Below, piece by piece: positions 26,916-40,569 of a stretch of 64,000 nt of DNA; within the stretch, counting starts at the first letter, position 1; each line of letters begins with the position of its first letter. The notes below the pieces were generated by a model. That model saw only the letters and a program-made list of their open reading frames with translations, was not told the DNA's origin and did no database searches. A program made the position numbers and the translations under genes. The DNA is taken from NCBI RefSeq assembly GCF_006345805.1, contig NC_043020.1, forward strand, positions 24,738,001 to 24,802,000, read 5' to 3'. Origin of the DNA: Octopus sinensis (Eukaryota).

Positions 26916-27278
26916 CCCACCACATAATTTTGTATATAGCACTATATAATATAATTTACTGACGAGAAAGCAAACACGTAATGTGAAAGGACGCCGAGTT
27001 TCGTGTAACATTGAAATATTTACATTCGTCAGATGTACACATTATGAGTTTCACGTAGCCACAGCAAAAGATTCTGTTTTTGATGTGCTCGATGTCATCT
27101 GCCAACTATATTGCTATCGATCTTATGAAAATCTCAGTCATGCCGCTTCATTTGTTAGTATCAGCGTCACTAGATTCTCTACGCATGTGCGTACTCATTG
27201 CATTGATAAATGATAGCCTGCATTAAGTTCTAGCATTGTTTAATCACAACTGTCCATTCTTGAACAGATAAGGGCTTA

Positions 27279-28539
27279 CGAGGGACGTTCAATAAGTAAT
27301 GCCTCTGACCCACTTGCAGTTGTTTGATCTAGCTGAAATTTTGCATGTGCAATCATTTATATCTCTATAGAGTAAGTGACAAATTACAGCTCTGAACTAA
27401 TTGTGGTTTCTGATTTACAGGTATTTGAACTGAGTCAAGTGTGAAATGGAGCCTGTTGAGTGTCGAGCAGTGATCCGGTTTTTGTATTTGAAAGGACGCA
27501 CACCACGGGAGACTTTTGATGAAATGAAAGTAACTTATGGTGATGATGCCCCATCATATGACCTTGTAAAACGCTGGCATCGTGAATTCAAACATGGTCG
27601 GAACTCTGTGGAAACAGCTCCCAGATCTGGTCGCCCCGCTTCTGCCATTGATGAGGCATCTGTCCGTCAAGTTGAGGCTGCCATTTTGGAAGATCGACGC
27701 ATAATTATTCGCCAAATAGCCCATGAGGTCAAGATTAGTACCGGGTCTATGGAAACTATCATTCATGACCATTTGCATATGCAAAAGGTGTCTGTCAGAT
27801 GGATTCCCAGGTTGCTCACGCCTTTCCAGAAACAAGAACGCGTCGAGTGCTCGAGTCAAAATTTTTCAAAAGACTGATAACACAGGATGAAACCTGGGTC
27901 CATCACGATGATCCAGAGACCAAAGCCCAGTCAATGCAGTGGAAGCACCGTGACTCACCCCCTCCAAAGAAGGCAAGGGTGCAGCCCTCCGCTGGCAAGG
28001 TCATGCTCACAGTCTTCTGGGACCAGGACGGAGTAGTGATGACAGATTTCCTGGCAAAGGGTACCACAATTACAGGAGCCTATTATGCTTCACTTTTGAG
28101 GAAATTAAGAGAAGTTATCAAAATCAAGAGGCGGGGCAAGATCAGCAATGGCATCCTCCTCCTGCAGGACAACGCTCCGGTCCACAACTCGCTTGTCGCC
28201 AGATCAGAAGCACAGGTGTATGGCTATGAACTCCCCCCCATCCCCCCTACTTTCCTGACCTTGCACCCTCTGATTTTCCCCTCTTCCCAGTCATGAAGTT
28301 GTTTTTGAAAGGAAAGCGTTTCCCAGATGATGCAGCCTTGATTTCTGAAGTCACGTTCAGGTTGGAGGACCAAGCTGGGGTCTTCTACAAAAACGGTCTC
28401 CAGAGCTGCATCAAACGATGGTAGAAATGCGTAACTCTGGGTGGTTCCTATGTAGAAATAGACTAATAACTGTGCCAAGTTTCGTTGCTCTACTGCTATA
28501 GGAAGTGGGTCAGGGGCATTACTTATTGAACGCCCCTCG
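27279..28539 (+). mobile_element. full-length mariner (Tc1/mariner, DD34D) transposon
   Basis: 37-bp TIRs CGAGGG(A/G)CGTTCAATAAGTAATGCC(T/C)CTGACCCACTT at 27279-27315 and 28503-28539 (2 mismatches). TA flanks both ends. Length is 1261 bp. Confidence 0.96.
27446..28466 (+). pseudogene. mariner transposase pseudogene
   Basis: HTH region, RSGRP, WIPRLLT (WVPHEL-like), ITQDETW, QDNAPVH and HPPYFPDLAPSDF (34 aa between D2 and D3 after restoring 1 nt). Frameshifts near 27855 and 28235, and a TAG stop near the C-terminus (IKRW*KCV). Confidence 0.93.
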
Positions 28540-28861
28540 TAAATCAAAGTAGACTATCATTTTTTTCCCATATAATAACATACGTTTCCACTCTACGCAA
28601 CATGTAAGGTTCCATAACAAAAAATGACTGAGCTATTTAAAATATACATTCGTATTTAATTTTACAGGAATTACATTTTATACACACACACACACACACA
28701 CGCATCTATATATATATATATATACACACATATATACACACACACATATACATATATATATATACACACACATATATATATACACACACATAAACATATA
28801 TACACACACATATATACACACTCATACACACACACAATTATATACACACACACACCTATAT

Positions 28862-28906
<45 letters not shown>

Positions 28907-29264
28907 GGCGCCATATTTGATTAGTTTTAACTTTTGAGAATTTCTGTATATTATTGAACATATTGTTTATTATCTCACAAAAGCTTATTGATTTGAGAAA
29001 CACGGAACGGAATATGTTGGAGAGCTATGGGAACCCAGAAGTATCACAGAAATGGAATACATAAATTGAACTATGGTAAACTTAAAGGGACACAGAACTG
29101 AAATACGTAACAGAGGTATGGTAACATTGGAGTGCAGTAAAACTGAATTGAATGCAAACACCGTTGAGTATTTGCTGTACCGACGGCAAATTGTCAGAGT
29201 CAAATATATTTTGTCTCATAAGAATTATCAACTTTGCCTCCCATATTTTAATATATATATATAT

Positions 29265-29266
<2 letters not shown>

Positions 29267-29363
<97 letters not shown>

Positions 29364-29364
29364 G

Positions 29365-29399
<35 letters not shown>

Positions 29400-29400
29400 T
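29267..29400. repeat. (AGAT)n then (GA)n microsatellite
   Basis: Directly visible. Confidence 0.95.
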
Positions 29401-29883
29401 TTGCTCTTTTATGAGCGCTATTCACATTACACACACATTTTTATGAAGTGGTTATATTTGAAATACATACATATGCATATAAAATACATTAATTTATGTA
29501 TATTGTTTTATTATACATCTGCTAATTCTATTTATTCGATATATCTATGTAATTTCATCGATATATCGATATTAATTGATATATAGACACACACACACAC
29601 ACACACACACACAGAGAGTTTAATTGTCACGTATGTATATTTATAACTCATTATAAATTTACATAAATATTCAAACAAATCCCATTACAGTTGTAAGCTA
29701 TATATATTATAAACAATGTCATGTAACACGCATACGTGTATACACACACAGATACACACACACACCCATACATACATACATACTTACATAAAAATACTCG
29801 TATACAAATGTGTTTTATAGGCTCGCGTCTTTTTTTCTTTTGAAATTTTAACGTCGTCTCTCCAAGTAACTGTGTGACTGTGC

Positions 29884-29942
<59 letters not shown>

Positions 29943-30766
29943 TGTGTGTGTATGACCCTGTACACTCTTTATCCGTATCGAACAATAGGCAGGAGGTATT
30001 TAAAAATAGTCGAAAGGGAACGCTGCAAACATTAAAAAAAATAATAACTTTCTCCTAATTCTTCATTTCTAAACTTTTTTTAATTGCGTGTGTGTATATG
30101 TGAGCAAATAGCTGTGTTTATGATTAACGGAGTGTGTGTTTATGACAGTGTTCGTGTGTGTGTGTGTGGTGTGTGTGTGTGTGTGTGTGTGTTCGGTTTG
30201 AATCTGTCAATCTGTGTTGTTCACGGTCTCCTGTGTTCTTTCAGGCTTTGTCATGGCACTAATTGATTCAGCCATATGTGAAATATGCTTGAAAAACAAC
30301 TTCAATAAAACAGAAATAAAACGATAATAAAAGACATATAGAATACAAAAATAAAATATATATATATATATATATATATACATAAAATGGTAATATAATA
30401 TATAAAATAACGTAAAATAGTAAGATAAGAGAGGAAAAGGAGAAGGAAAAAGAAATAAAATCAGTGGATCCGCCATTTATTAGAGAACCAGCAGACAGAC
30501 AGACTTCGATATTATTTAAAAAACAAACAATAATGATGATGATGATGATGATGCTTACAATGATGATGATGTTGGTTATGATGATAATAATGGGGTTGGT
30601 GTTGGATGTGACGACCGTCTTAACGACGACATCGATGACGATAGCAAAGGTGATGTTGATAGTTATGATGATCATAATGATGATGCAGATGCCAAGGACT
30701 TAGCTGCATATACACCCAAGACGAGAATATGGCCTTCTACGCACGTGAGACATTATTATTACTATA

Positions 30767-32280
30767 AAGGCGGCGAGCTGGCAGAATCGTTAGGACGCCG
30801 GCGAAATGCTTAGCGGTATTTCGTCTGCCGTTACGTTCTGAGTTCAAATTCCGCCGAGACTGACTTTGCCTTTCATCCTTTCGGGGTCGATTAAATAAGT
30901 ACCAGTTACGCACTGGGGCCGATATAATCGACTTAATCCGTTTTTCTGTCCTTGTTTGTCCTCTCTGTGAGTAGTAAAGAAATAGGTATTTCGTCCGCCG
31001 TTACGTTCTGAGTTCAAATTCCACTGAGACCGACTTTGCCTTTCATCCTTTCGGGGTTGATAAATTAAGTACCAGTTACGCACTGAGGTCGATGTAATCG
31101 GCTTAATCCGCTGCCCTTGTGACAAAAATCTGAAATCATTTTTATTATTATTATTAGACGAGGCACAATCGTAGCGCGTCGAACAAACTGCTTAGCAGTT
31201 TTTCTTCCGTTTCTTTGTCCAGTGTTGTAATCTCGCCAAGGTCAACTGTGCCTTTGATCCCTCCGTTGTCCATATAGTATCAATAAAATAAAGCAGTAGC
31301 TAAGCCTGGGGTGAGTGTCGATGCAATCGACTGCCCGCTTCCCCTAGAAATTGCTGGCCTTGTGCTGAAATATGAATTCATCATTAAGACAGTGAGCTGG
31401 CAGAATGGTTAGCATGCTGGACAACATACTTAGCGGCGTCTTTATATGTTCTGAGTTCAATTTCCACCGCTTTGATTTCCATTCGAATAAATGAACAGCA
31501 GTCAAGTATTGGGGTCAATAGAATCGACATCCCACCTCCATAAAGCATCAGGCCTTGTGCCTATAGTAAGAATTATTACTGCAGCGAACTGACGGAAGCC
31601 ACAAAGCGTTGCATGATTTATTCCGTCACTTTGTTTTCTGAATTCAAATCTTGCTGAACCTCAACTTCGCTTGTAAACCACCCGGGGATGGGGATGGGTC
31701 AGTCAAATAAAGAACCATTCCACCCAGAGATCGATGATGATGACTAACTCCGTCCCCTAATAGTTGTTGAATTGGGAAAGGTCACAAGCATTTGGTGGCC
31801 AAGATCAACTTGGATCTGTAGCGTGTTCCTTGATTGGCCCTTGCTAGAGTCACTCTTTCAAGAAGCACATGACTGTGTGACCCCGTAATTTGAAAACTAT
31901 TAAGATATCTGATCTCATTATCCACTTCTTTCCCTTCTAATAAAATTTTATGGAACCCCTTCTGCAAAAAATAAAAATTGTCTTATCCCTGAAATGCCCC
32001 TTAGATCCGACGTACCCGTGAAAATAAAAGGAACTACCATTATCTTGAGGGATGTTGAATTGAGAGACTCGTTAGAACGTCAAAATACCTTGTGACATTT
32101 TTTCCTACTCGGTACGTTCCGTGTTCAAATTCCGCCGAGCTCAACTTAGCTTGTCTTCCTTCCGAGAATGGAAAGTAAAATATTGTTGAACGAACGAAGT
32201 CGTGATTTTCTCAGTTGGATCCTTTAGTCCCTCGCCAGAAACCTGGAACCTTTTGGCCCTCGGTGCATTCTTAGAAATAA
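30767..32280 (+). mobile_element. cluster of ~5 SINE family B copies, all on the plus strand; the first has an internal tandem duplication
   Basis: The young copy at 30767-31140 repeats GGTATTTCGTC.GCCGTTACGTTCTGAGTTCAAATT..CTTAATCCG twice. More decayed copies follow. Confidence 0.8.
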
Positions 32281-32616
32281 TTCATGATGATGATGGTGAT
32301 GATGACAATGAAGGTGGAGAAGATATGATGGAAATCGTAGTGGTGCCGGTGGTGATGTTGAAAATCATTGATGATGATGGCGATGGTGAAGTAACAGTAT
32401 TGGAGGTAGCGATGTTCAGAATGATAATGATGATGGCAGCCATAGAAATTGTACAGGTGGCGGCGGTGGGGGATGATGACGATGCTATCACTGCTGATGG
32501 CGACGACGCACTGTTAGAAATCATTATTGATGATGATGGTGATGGAAATAGCAGTGACAACGACTGCAGCATCGATAATGGACGTGATGATGATGCTTCT
32601 ACTGATAATGCGTGTG

Positions 32617-32698
<82 letters not shown>

Positions 32699-33839
32699 GA
32701 TCGTGTGATAACGAATAACTCAATGAAGTTTCTGGATGGCAGTTGTCATGTTTTTCAGTCAAAAAAACATGTCAGTTTTTGTAGAGAGACTGGAGGGAGA
32801 AAGCCATCGGCAGAAGTTGCAAATATCTTGGCAGACGACAACTCTTAAAGATAACACTGTTTGGTCATGTAGCAGTTTATGGCGTCGTTGTATTGAGTTA
32901 TGAAGGGTAGCAGCCGTCGTCGTGAAGGTGATTTTAGCTATGGCTGTAGTAACTGTTTGGGCGATAGTATCTGCTATACTTTGTTTCTGTCTAGCTATGG
33001 TAGTTGTCGTGGCTGTAGTTTTGCTGATGGTTTTGCTACTGGTGGATATTTAGTTACAGTTTAGGAGGTAGTTGTGTTATAATAGTAGTGTATGTGTGTA
33101 ACTAGTTGTGGTGATAGTCTAGAGGATAACTGTTGTATTGTTGTGACACTGGTTTAAGTGGTAGTGATTGCTGTAGTGGTGGCTGCAGTTATAGCGATGG
33201 CAGTTGTGATAATGGTGTGAGTGGCAGTAGTTGCGGTAGTGGTCATAATAATGGTTCCAAGAGTGAGTGATTGTATTTTCTGTTACATTTCAGATGAACA
33301 TTCGGTTTGTCAGGAAAATGACAATATTTTTGCACCTTCCGGTCACTTGGCAAGACAGGAAGTGGACACCGGAAGAATGGAAATGGAAAAAAAGTTCCGA
33401 TCCAAATAACACCTGATGCCGGTCATTCTGGGAAGACTTCAAACGCACGATGACCAGTAGAACAAGATGAAGAGGATATTACTAAGGCTACAATGAGTTT
33501 AGTGGCGGGGGGGGGGGGTTAAATTAAATTGAGTGAGGAGGAAGAAAAAAGGAAAAAGTGAAAGAAATGAGGACAGGTACACGTGGTATTCAGATATGTG
33601 AAGACCTGAAGGATATTGTCCTCTTGATAAAAAAAGGACAGCATACAGTTAGAACCAGTCGAGGAACACTACAAATCCAAGACCACCCTGGTCACCAATG
33701 AACAAGTATCCCTTCCAACGGGTGCATTTTTAGAATATCCCATCTAATCTCACCATTTTCGACGCAGTCATCCAACTGAGATGCGAAGACAGGAAAATAA
33801 AATCACGCCTTTATACTAAGAATTTTAATGATAATAATA

Positions 33840-34050
33840 ATTGCTTCACATTTTGGGACAAGGCCAGCAATAATAGAGGAAGCGAGACAATTACAGCTAT
33901 CCTAGTCCATGACTGGTACATTATCAATTCCGCAGGGAAGATAAGCAAAGTTTAACCCCGTCGAGACTTGAACTCGTAAAGGAAAGAACCGGAATAAAAA
34001 TCACTGAGAATTTTTCCGACTATCAAACGTTTCCATTGATTCGCCTCCTT
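33840..34050 (-). mobile_element. SINE family B, decayed
   Basis: TTTGGGACAAGGCCAGCAAT, GACTGGTAC, GCAAAGTT and TTGAACTC blocks. Confidence 0.6.
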
Positions 34051-34234
34051 AATAACAATAACAACAACACTCACTTTTCAATCTACAAGGTTTTAATAAA
34101 TGTCGACATTTGCGTTGAGATTACACACACGCACGTGTCAGATATCAGAGAATAAAATCTTTAAGAACCACAAGTTACACAAACTTTATTCTGTTTTCAA
34201 CCCCGACATTCAAAGTTCGAATCTAAGGCAGACG

Positions 34235-35165
34235 ATGAAAAGGTGTGCCTTAGCTGCTAACTATTGTGATTCTGAGAGTGCAATCTTCTTAAATGTCGCC
34301 ATGCCCTTCGTGTTTACAATCAGAAAAGAGCTACTGAGCTTTAGAAGGAATATATCTTCTGTGGCCAAAAGGAAAACAAAAAACGACGACCAGACGTTGT
34401 CAGAAAAGTCTAGTTAGGCCAACAAGTCCAGAGCAGCATCAACATGGATCCCGGCAAATAAATTGCTAATTATGTCCGCGTGTCGGAGTCTAACACTTAG
34501 ACATGTGGTGCACGAATACATCATGTACAAATCTTATGTAAAGGAAACAGAGAAGTCCATTCTGAAGCATTTTCTGAACGAATGAAAGTTCCCAAAATGA
34601 TTTCATATGTTCTGGTTCTTCTTAAACGAGTTGAAAGTGGACAGGGGAAAAGCAAATGGCTCCATGCCAGCCCTATTGAAGTTGTCGATGATATGCACCC
34701 CAAGTTCCCATCGTCTATGATGATCTTGAGAATCGTGAGCAACGAGGGCTATGTCGTGACTCTTCACGTTTTTAGTCGTAGGGTCTTAGTGTCAAAGCGA
34801 CAACCTACATCGAGCCAATGGGGACAGTTGCCAAGCTCTGGACCGACGGTTCTTCGGTGGAAAGCCTACGTGGTTCCAGGAAGAGTATTCCCACTCATAA
34901 AGTCTGCAAGACAAGAAGCGGATGGCCGAAATTATTCATGATCATACTATCCATAATATTTAGCCTGCTAGCTCTCCTGATTTAAATGCCTCGACTACTA
35001 AGTGTGGGGCGTCGTTTGGAGGGAGACCATGAAGCATGTTCACAATACCAAAGATTCATTAATGTCTACTCCGGGGAACGTTATGGCCAACAGGAATAAA
35101 GTTCCCATGATCAACGCGTTTAGTCGTTTCAGAAGCCATATCGAGGTCAAAAGTGCTTATATTAA
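34235..35165 (+). pseudogene. heavily decayed Tc1/mariner transposase, maT/DD37D-like
   Basis: Frame-hopping remnants in order: MKR..IFLNVAMPFVFTIRKEL..SSVAKRK; VVHEYIMYKSYV; KWL..MHPKFPSSMMILRIVSNEGYV; GKPYV; SSPDLN..DY.VWGVVWRETMKHVHNTKDSLM; FSRFRSHIE. Confidence 0.8.
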
Positions 35166-35218
35166 GTACTCTTTTGCGATATGTATGCAAGAATACGTGT
35201 ACCAAATTCTATAAAAAT

Positions 35219-35938
35219 ACTAAAGAACGCACCCGTCCTTTGAACGATTTAAGTTGTTTTGGCGGTATTTTTTCACCAAATAATTGAACTACCGAAAAGG
35301 TAGCACGGCAATCTGTTTCCGATTAACCTAGGGACAGAAAATCAAATTGAAGGCTGGTTATTGTGGTGGTCACTGCATTTTAATGACCATAGAACAAATA
35401 AATTTTGCAAGCAATGCAAAATAGAGCTACTGAAGTGTTTTGAGAATAGATTACAGATAATGACTACAAAATACTTGAAAGTGAAATTTCGTGTCAGAAA
35501 CAGCCACATAAATGGTGTAATGAAATTGAAAGAAGACGTTGAAACTTCCCCTCTGCGAGTTTATTTTTTTCAACAGCAAAGGGAGCTATATTTTCGGACA
35601 GATAAGCAAACAAAAGCCCTTTTATTCTGTCTTCCCCTTGGTATTGGATATTCATCACGTAGTGTTCATAGTCAATTAAATAAGCGTCGCAGGTGGACAG
35701 TCGAAATCGACAAAATCGTTTCACTTTTATAAAAAGATGAAAAACGTATGGAAGCCCCTGCATAAAAAAAATATGTCCATTTACATCCATTTACGTGGGA
35801 GCTTTGGGCAAAATGTTATACTGCATGACCATCCTGGGGGCATAAGTAATGTGTGTGTAAAGTTTGGTGAAAATCGATTGAGAATTGTGGAAATGTATGC
35901 GTTATACACACATACGCTGTGATCTATATATACTAAAT
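35219..35938 (+). mobile_element. putative non-autonomous Helitron-like element inserted in the 3' end of the maT-like element
   Basis: It starts ACTAAAGAACGCACCCGTCCTTTGAACG and ends GTAAAGTTTGGTGAAAATCG..ACACACATAC..TATATATACTAAAT, a layout I associate with such elements. It separates the transposase end from a TIR-like end at 35989-36014 (..GACGCACCCTG). Confidence 0.4.
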
Positions 35939-36226
35939 ATTGTCTTTTCTCTACAAGAAAAAAAAACATCTCCACAAAATCAAAATTTTGTTCCCAAATA
36001 ACTGACGCACCCTGCATATACGTGTGCGCACACATATGTGTGTGTGTGTAGAGAGAGAGACACACACACATACACATACCGTATATTGTGACACAGAAGT
36101 AATCTTATTTTGAAACTGGAAGGTTTAACTGAATCCTCTGCTATTAATAAAATATAATTCAGTCTTAATTAAAACCTATTCAAAATCAATCGATAAATGA
36201 AAATAGTCAATTTTCTTGTAGTTGAT

Positions 36227-36302
<76 letters not shown>

Positions 36303-36313
36303 CAGCAGCAGCA
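36227..36313. repeat. symmetric compound microsatellite (GCA)n(GTA)n(GCA)n
   Basis: Directly visible. Confidence 0.95.
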
Positions 36314-39300
36314 AAATTTTCTCGGGCACCAAATGAACAGAAAATAACATGAGAGTGGGGTTGCACGTACTGAATATTGACGTCAAAGTAGGTCACTTCA
36401 TGGTTCCGACCGAACACCAGAGAATAGAAATGCTATTGTCACCAAGGAATATAATGAAGGTTCTTTATCATTTACCATTATTGGCATTAGTGGGTCACAG
36501 CCAATATATGATGCTGCTAAAAACGATGGGAAACATGGAAAATAGAAAAGAGACAATAAGAAGAGAGAAAGTCTTTCAATGCTGTCCTTAGATTTCTTCA
36601 TGATGTGAAGAAAAGATTTTAGCCTGGTAATGGTGTTGGTTTGTGCGATATGAGACGTAGCTGAAAAGCTGAAAACCACCAGGGAGGCGCCTGAAAGGTG
36701 TGTATGTGTATAGCGTATATATTGCTCATGTGTGTGTGTGTGTAACGCGCGCGCGCGTGCATGTTTCCATACACATCTGCTTGCCATTGTGTTTACAATC
36801 ACACGTATAGATACGTATGTATCTACAAAAGATATGCAAGGCAGACATCGCTTGAAAATCTCCAGGAACACAACGAAAATGTACAGGTTGTGAAAGAGGA
36901 AGAGCGCCAGTGAATAAACGATTGTGTTGAAAGGAATGTTTCAAGTAGCACATAAGATATTCTCGATGCTAACCATTTCTGTTCATCGCAAGAATCTCTC
37001 TAGAAGAGACAATGAAACAACCAGCTGTCAGTTCCTAGTTGAACTTACACGACAAGTAGATATAGGTCACACAGGACGACAGATTTTACCAGCATCTGCG
37101 AACCTATGTGCGTATTTCGCATTTGTGCACGTGTGTGCGTCTGAGTGATCGTTTGTGTATGTAAATACGCTACACACATACGTATGTACACATATTCACA
37201 AATGTTCATCTCTCTTATTTACTTTACTCTCATCATACCTACAGACACAAATACGTGCATCTGTATGTGTTTGTATATATATATATATATATATAATGCC
37301 CCAAAACACATACATATACATAGATTTACATATACACATTTGCACACAGTTACACTCCTTTCTCCATCTGTATGTGTGTATAAAGACAAAGAGGGAGAAA
37401 TATCCGGTGTATATATGGTTAACACGTATAGACATGTGTGCGTGTTTATATGCATATAGACACACATGCATATATGTGTGAGACCAGAGAGGGGGGAGGG
37501 CGAGAAAGACGAAGACAAAGAACTGTCCACAGTGAGAGTAGTCCATTGTCCAGACGAACATATCGTTCGCTCGCCCCAGGAAAAAATTGTACAATATCTT
37601 TCTCTTTAAAACTTGATGACCAGAAACATTAGCCACTACTACTACTACTAAAAAGGGGGGATGCACATCATAGCACTGGCAGTAGAGGTGTAAGCATTAT
37701 CAGCGATGGCGTTTCCAGGTCATGGGCCAAAGTATGAATGTACAAGTTGTCTCCCCTCTGTGACTTTATTTACCAATTATATTTGTTTTATATACGAGAG
37801 ACACCTGATATATTAGCAACACTTCATGAAATACGCTGGCCTACAACTACACACTTGATATCACACTGAAATATGTGGCTATCTGTCCAGGGAATTCATA
37901 ACTTAAATATTATACGGCACGGTTTAAACTTGTATACTAAGACAGTATGTGTGCGTGTATGTATGTTAAAACAATGAATTTTACACACGAGCGCGTATAT
38001 ATGTGTGTGTACATATGCTAAATGTGGGTCTACATATATGGATATATCCATGTATGCGTATATATATATATATATATATATTTATTTATTATTTGAGGGA
38101 ATAATATCCAAACTTACAAGGAAAAAATTCAATTTATATATATATATATATACATGTGTGTGTATATATAATAGGCACACATACATAAGGTATGTATATG
38201 CTAACAGAAATATTTTTGCATATACAAAACTATCAGCATATAGATACACACGCGCATTCATATAGATGTATATATTTATGCATACGTACTCACAGATATA
38301 TACATGAATACATAGGCTTATGCATTTAAATTATGTACGTAAATACACACAGACACACACATAAATATATATACATATGTACAAATGAAAGAATTGTATT
38401 TATACTTTTATAGATATATAGTACTATAATACAGGTATATACACCTTTAAAAGCGGACACCACAACACGCATACTGTCATACACATTCTCTCACATCATC
38501 ATACACATATACATACATAAGCATATACACCTAGCTAAATAACCTCTCCCCCCGCACACACATAAGACACAAAATTTTTTTTTCTCTTCCACCTCCTAAC
38601 ATCTATTTCACATGATAAACTTCTCTCGCTTAACATCTAGACCGCTAACGATATTACGATAGAATAATAATAATAATAATAATAATGCTAATAATAATAA
38701 TAACAATAGTAGTAATAATAATAACGTAAAGAGAATACTAAATGGGAAAAATATAACAAGAATACCTTAAAAATACGATAAATAATAAAATACGGTGTGA
38801 GATATTGAATAATATACCACTCCAACAATCGGTATTACAACATCTCAAAGGAAATCAAGATGGCGGATATTTTCTTTTTCTCTTTTCCCTCTCTATGTCA
38901 AGTGCTTCCGGTAGTATCGCGTGTGAACACGTAGGTAGATTTCGATGTTAAGAAAGATATGTATTGATATGGCGAATGTAAAAACGTACTATGATGTGTC
39001 CTATGCTGTTGTATAGCGTGCGGTGCGTTGTGTTGGTGTAGTGCGATTTAGCATGCGATTAGTTTGATAATTTGTGGTCAATTTTTAGACCTACTGGACA
39101 TCCATTTCCTTTATACTGTTCATGTTTATATTGGTTATCGTTTTGTTTCTGTAGTTATTCGTCTTTTTGTGTTTTTGTTTAAATTGTTTGCGTTTATTAT
39201 TTTTATTTTCTTGCAACGATTCTGTTTCGTTTCATCCCGTTATCTGTCTTCTGTCTTATCTTTTCTTCTTGTTGTTGTTGCTGTTGATCACATCATTGAT

Positions 39301-39524
39301 ATTGTCCTTTGTTGTTATCGATCTCCCCAAGGCCGATCAAATATGTACCAGTCACAGCGAACTTCACCTTATTTAGAATTTTCTGGACTTGTGCCAATGC
39401 AACAAACCACCACCGCAATCCTCATCTCCATCAACACCGACAGCATCCTCACCATTCCTCATCATCCTCACCATCATCATCCAGAAAAGCATTATCAGAG
39501 CCGTCCACATTATTATCAGGATTA

Positions 39525-40205
39525 GAAGAGTATTGCACATCTGAGTAAACCGTATTACACTATTTATTCTGACTCTTTACGTTGTGAGTTCAAATCTCAC
39601 TAAATTTACCTTTGCTTTTTCATCTTTCAAGAGTCAAGCAGAATACCAGTAATCCTTTCGGATTAAGTACCGGCTGCGTAGTGGGGTCGATCTAATCGAC
39701 TGGTACCCTCCCAAAAAATTTCGGGCTTTGTGCCTTGAACAGAAAAGATTATTATTATTATTATGAAGGCGGCGAGTTGGCAAATTCATTAGCACGCCGG
39801 GCTAAATGCTTTACGTTCTGAGTTCAAATTCCAGTTGACTACTGGGGTCAATTTAATTCGACTTACCCCCCCCCCCACACCACCCAAAACTGCGGACCTT
39901 GTACCAAAATTTGCAACCATTATTTTATTATTACCTTCACTATTGTTAATATTGTTAGTGTTAATATTTGTACCATCATTATTATATTTAAGGCCGGATC
40001 GATAGTGCGTGAAACAAAATGCTTGATGGCATTTCTGTCAGGTTCTTACGTTCTGATTTCAAATGCCACAGAGGTGGTTTATTGCCTTGCATTCATTCGG
40101 GGTCGAAAAAGGGAAGTACTACTCAAGATTTGGGATCGATGTAATCGGCTAACCCCTGCCCCTAAAATTGCTTGTGCCAGAATTGGAAAGTATCCTATTT
40201 ATTAG
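39525..40205 (+). mobile_element. head-to-tail SINE family B copies
   Basis: Copies at ~39525-39760, 39767-39925 and 39990-40205, with (TTA)n junctions. Confidence 0.75.
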
Positions 40206-40257
40206 GACTTTAATAATTTAGTCCCAAACGTAGCCCTCATTAATATTACCAATATCT

Positions 40258-40558
40258 ATGGCGTAGTGGTTAGGGACATTAGGACCTTGCGACCGCAAGG
40301 TGTGAGTTCGATTCCAGGGAGTACAAGACACTTTATTTTACGTTGCTCCAAATCACTCAGTTGGCAAAAGTTAGTTGTATCTGTAATTCAAAGGGCCACT
40401 CTTGTTCCACTGTCTGTCGCACTGAATCTCCATAAAGTACTACGTTAAGATTATGATAGTCTGAGGAGCACTCAGCCACTTGCATGTTAATTTCCCTAGC
40501 AGACTCTTCTGTTGGTCGGCTCAAGCGGGACAGGTCATCGTAAACGACGGCGTGCCAA
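40258..40558 (+). mobile_element. tRNA-derived SINE family C
   Basis: TGGCGTAGTGGTTAGGG (A box), GAGTTCGATTCC (B box), CAAGACACTTTATTT.ACGTTGCTCCA core, and a 3' end shared with 9700-9880. Confidence 0.75.
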
Positions 40559-40569
40559 TCTTTATATAT

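Noticed and set aside
30767-32280. Regularly recurring repeats with spacers (CRISPR-like look)
   Set aside because: These are eukaryotic SINE copies of 150-350 bp with variable divergence. There are no short identical direct repeats or cas genes.
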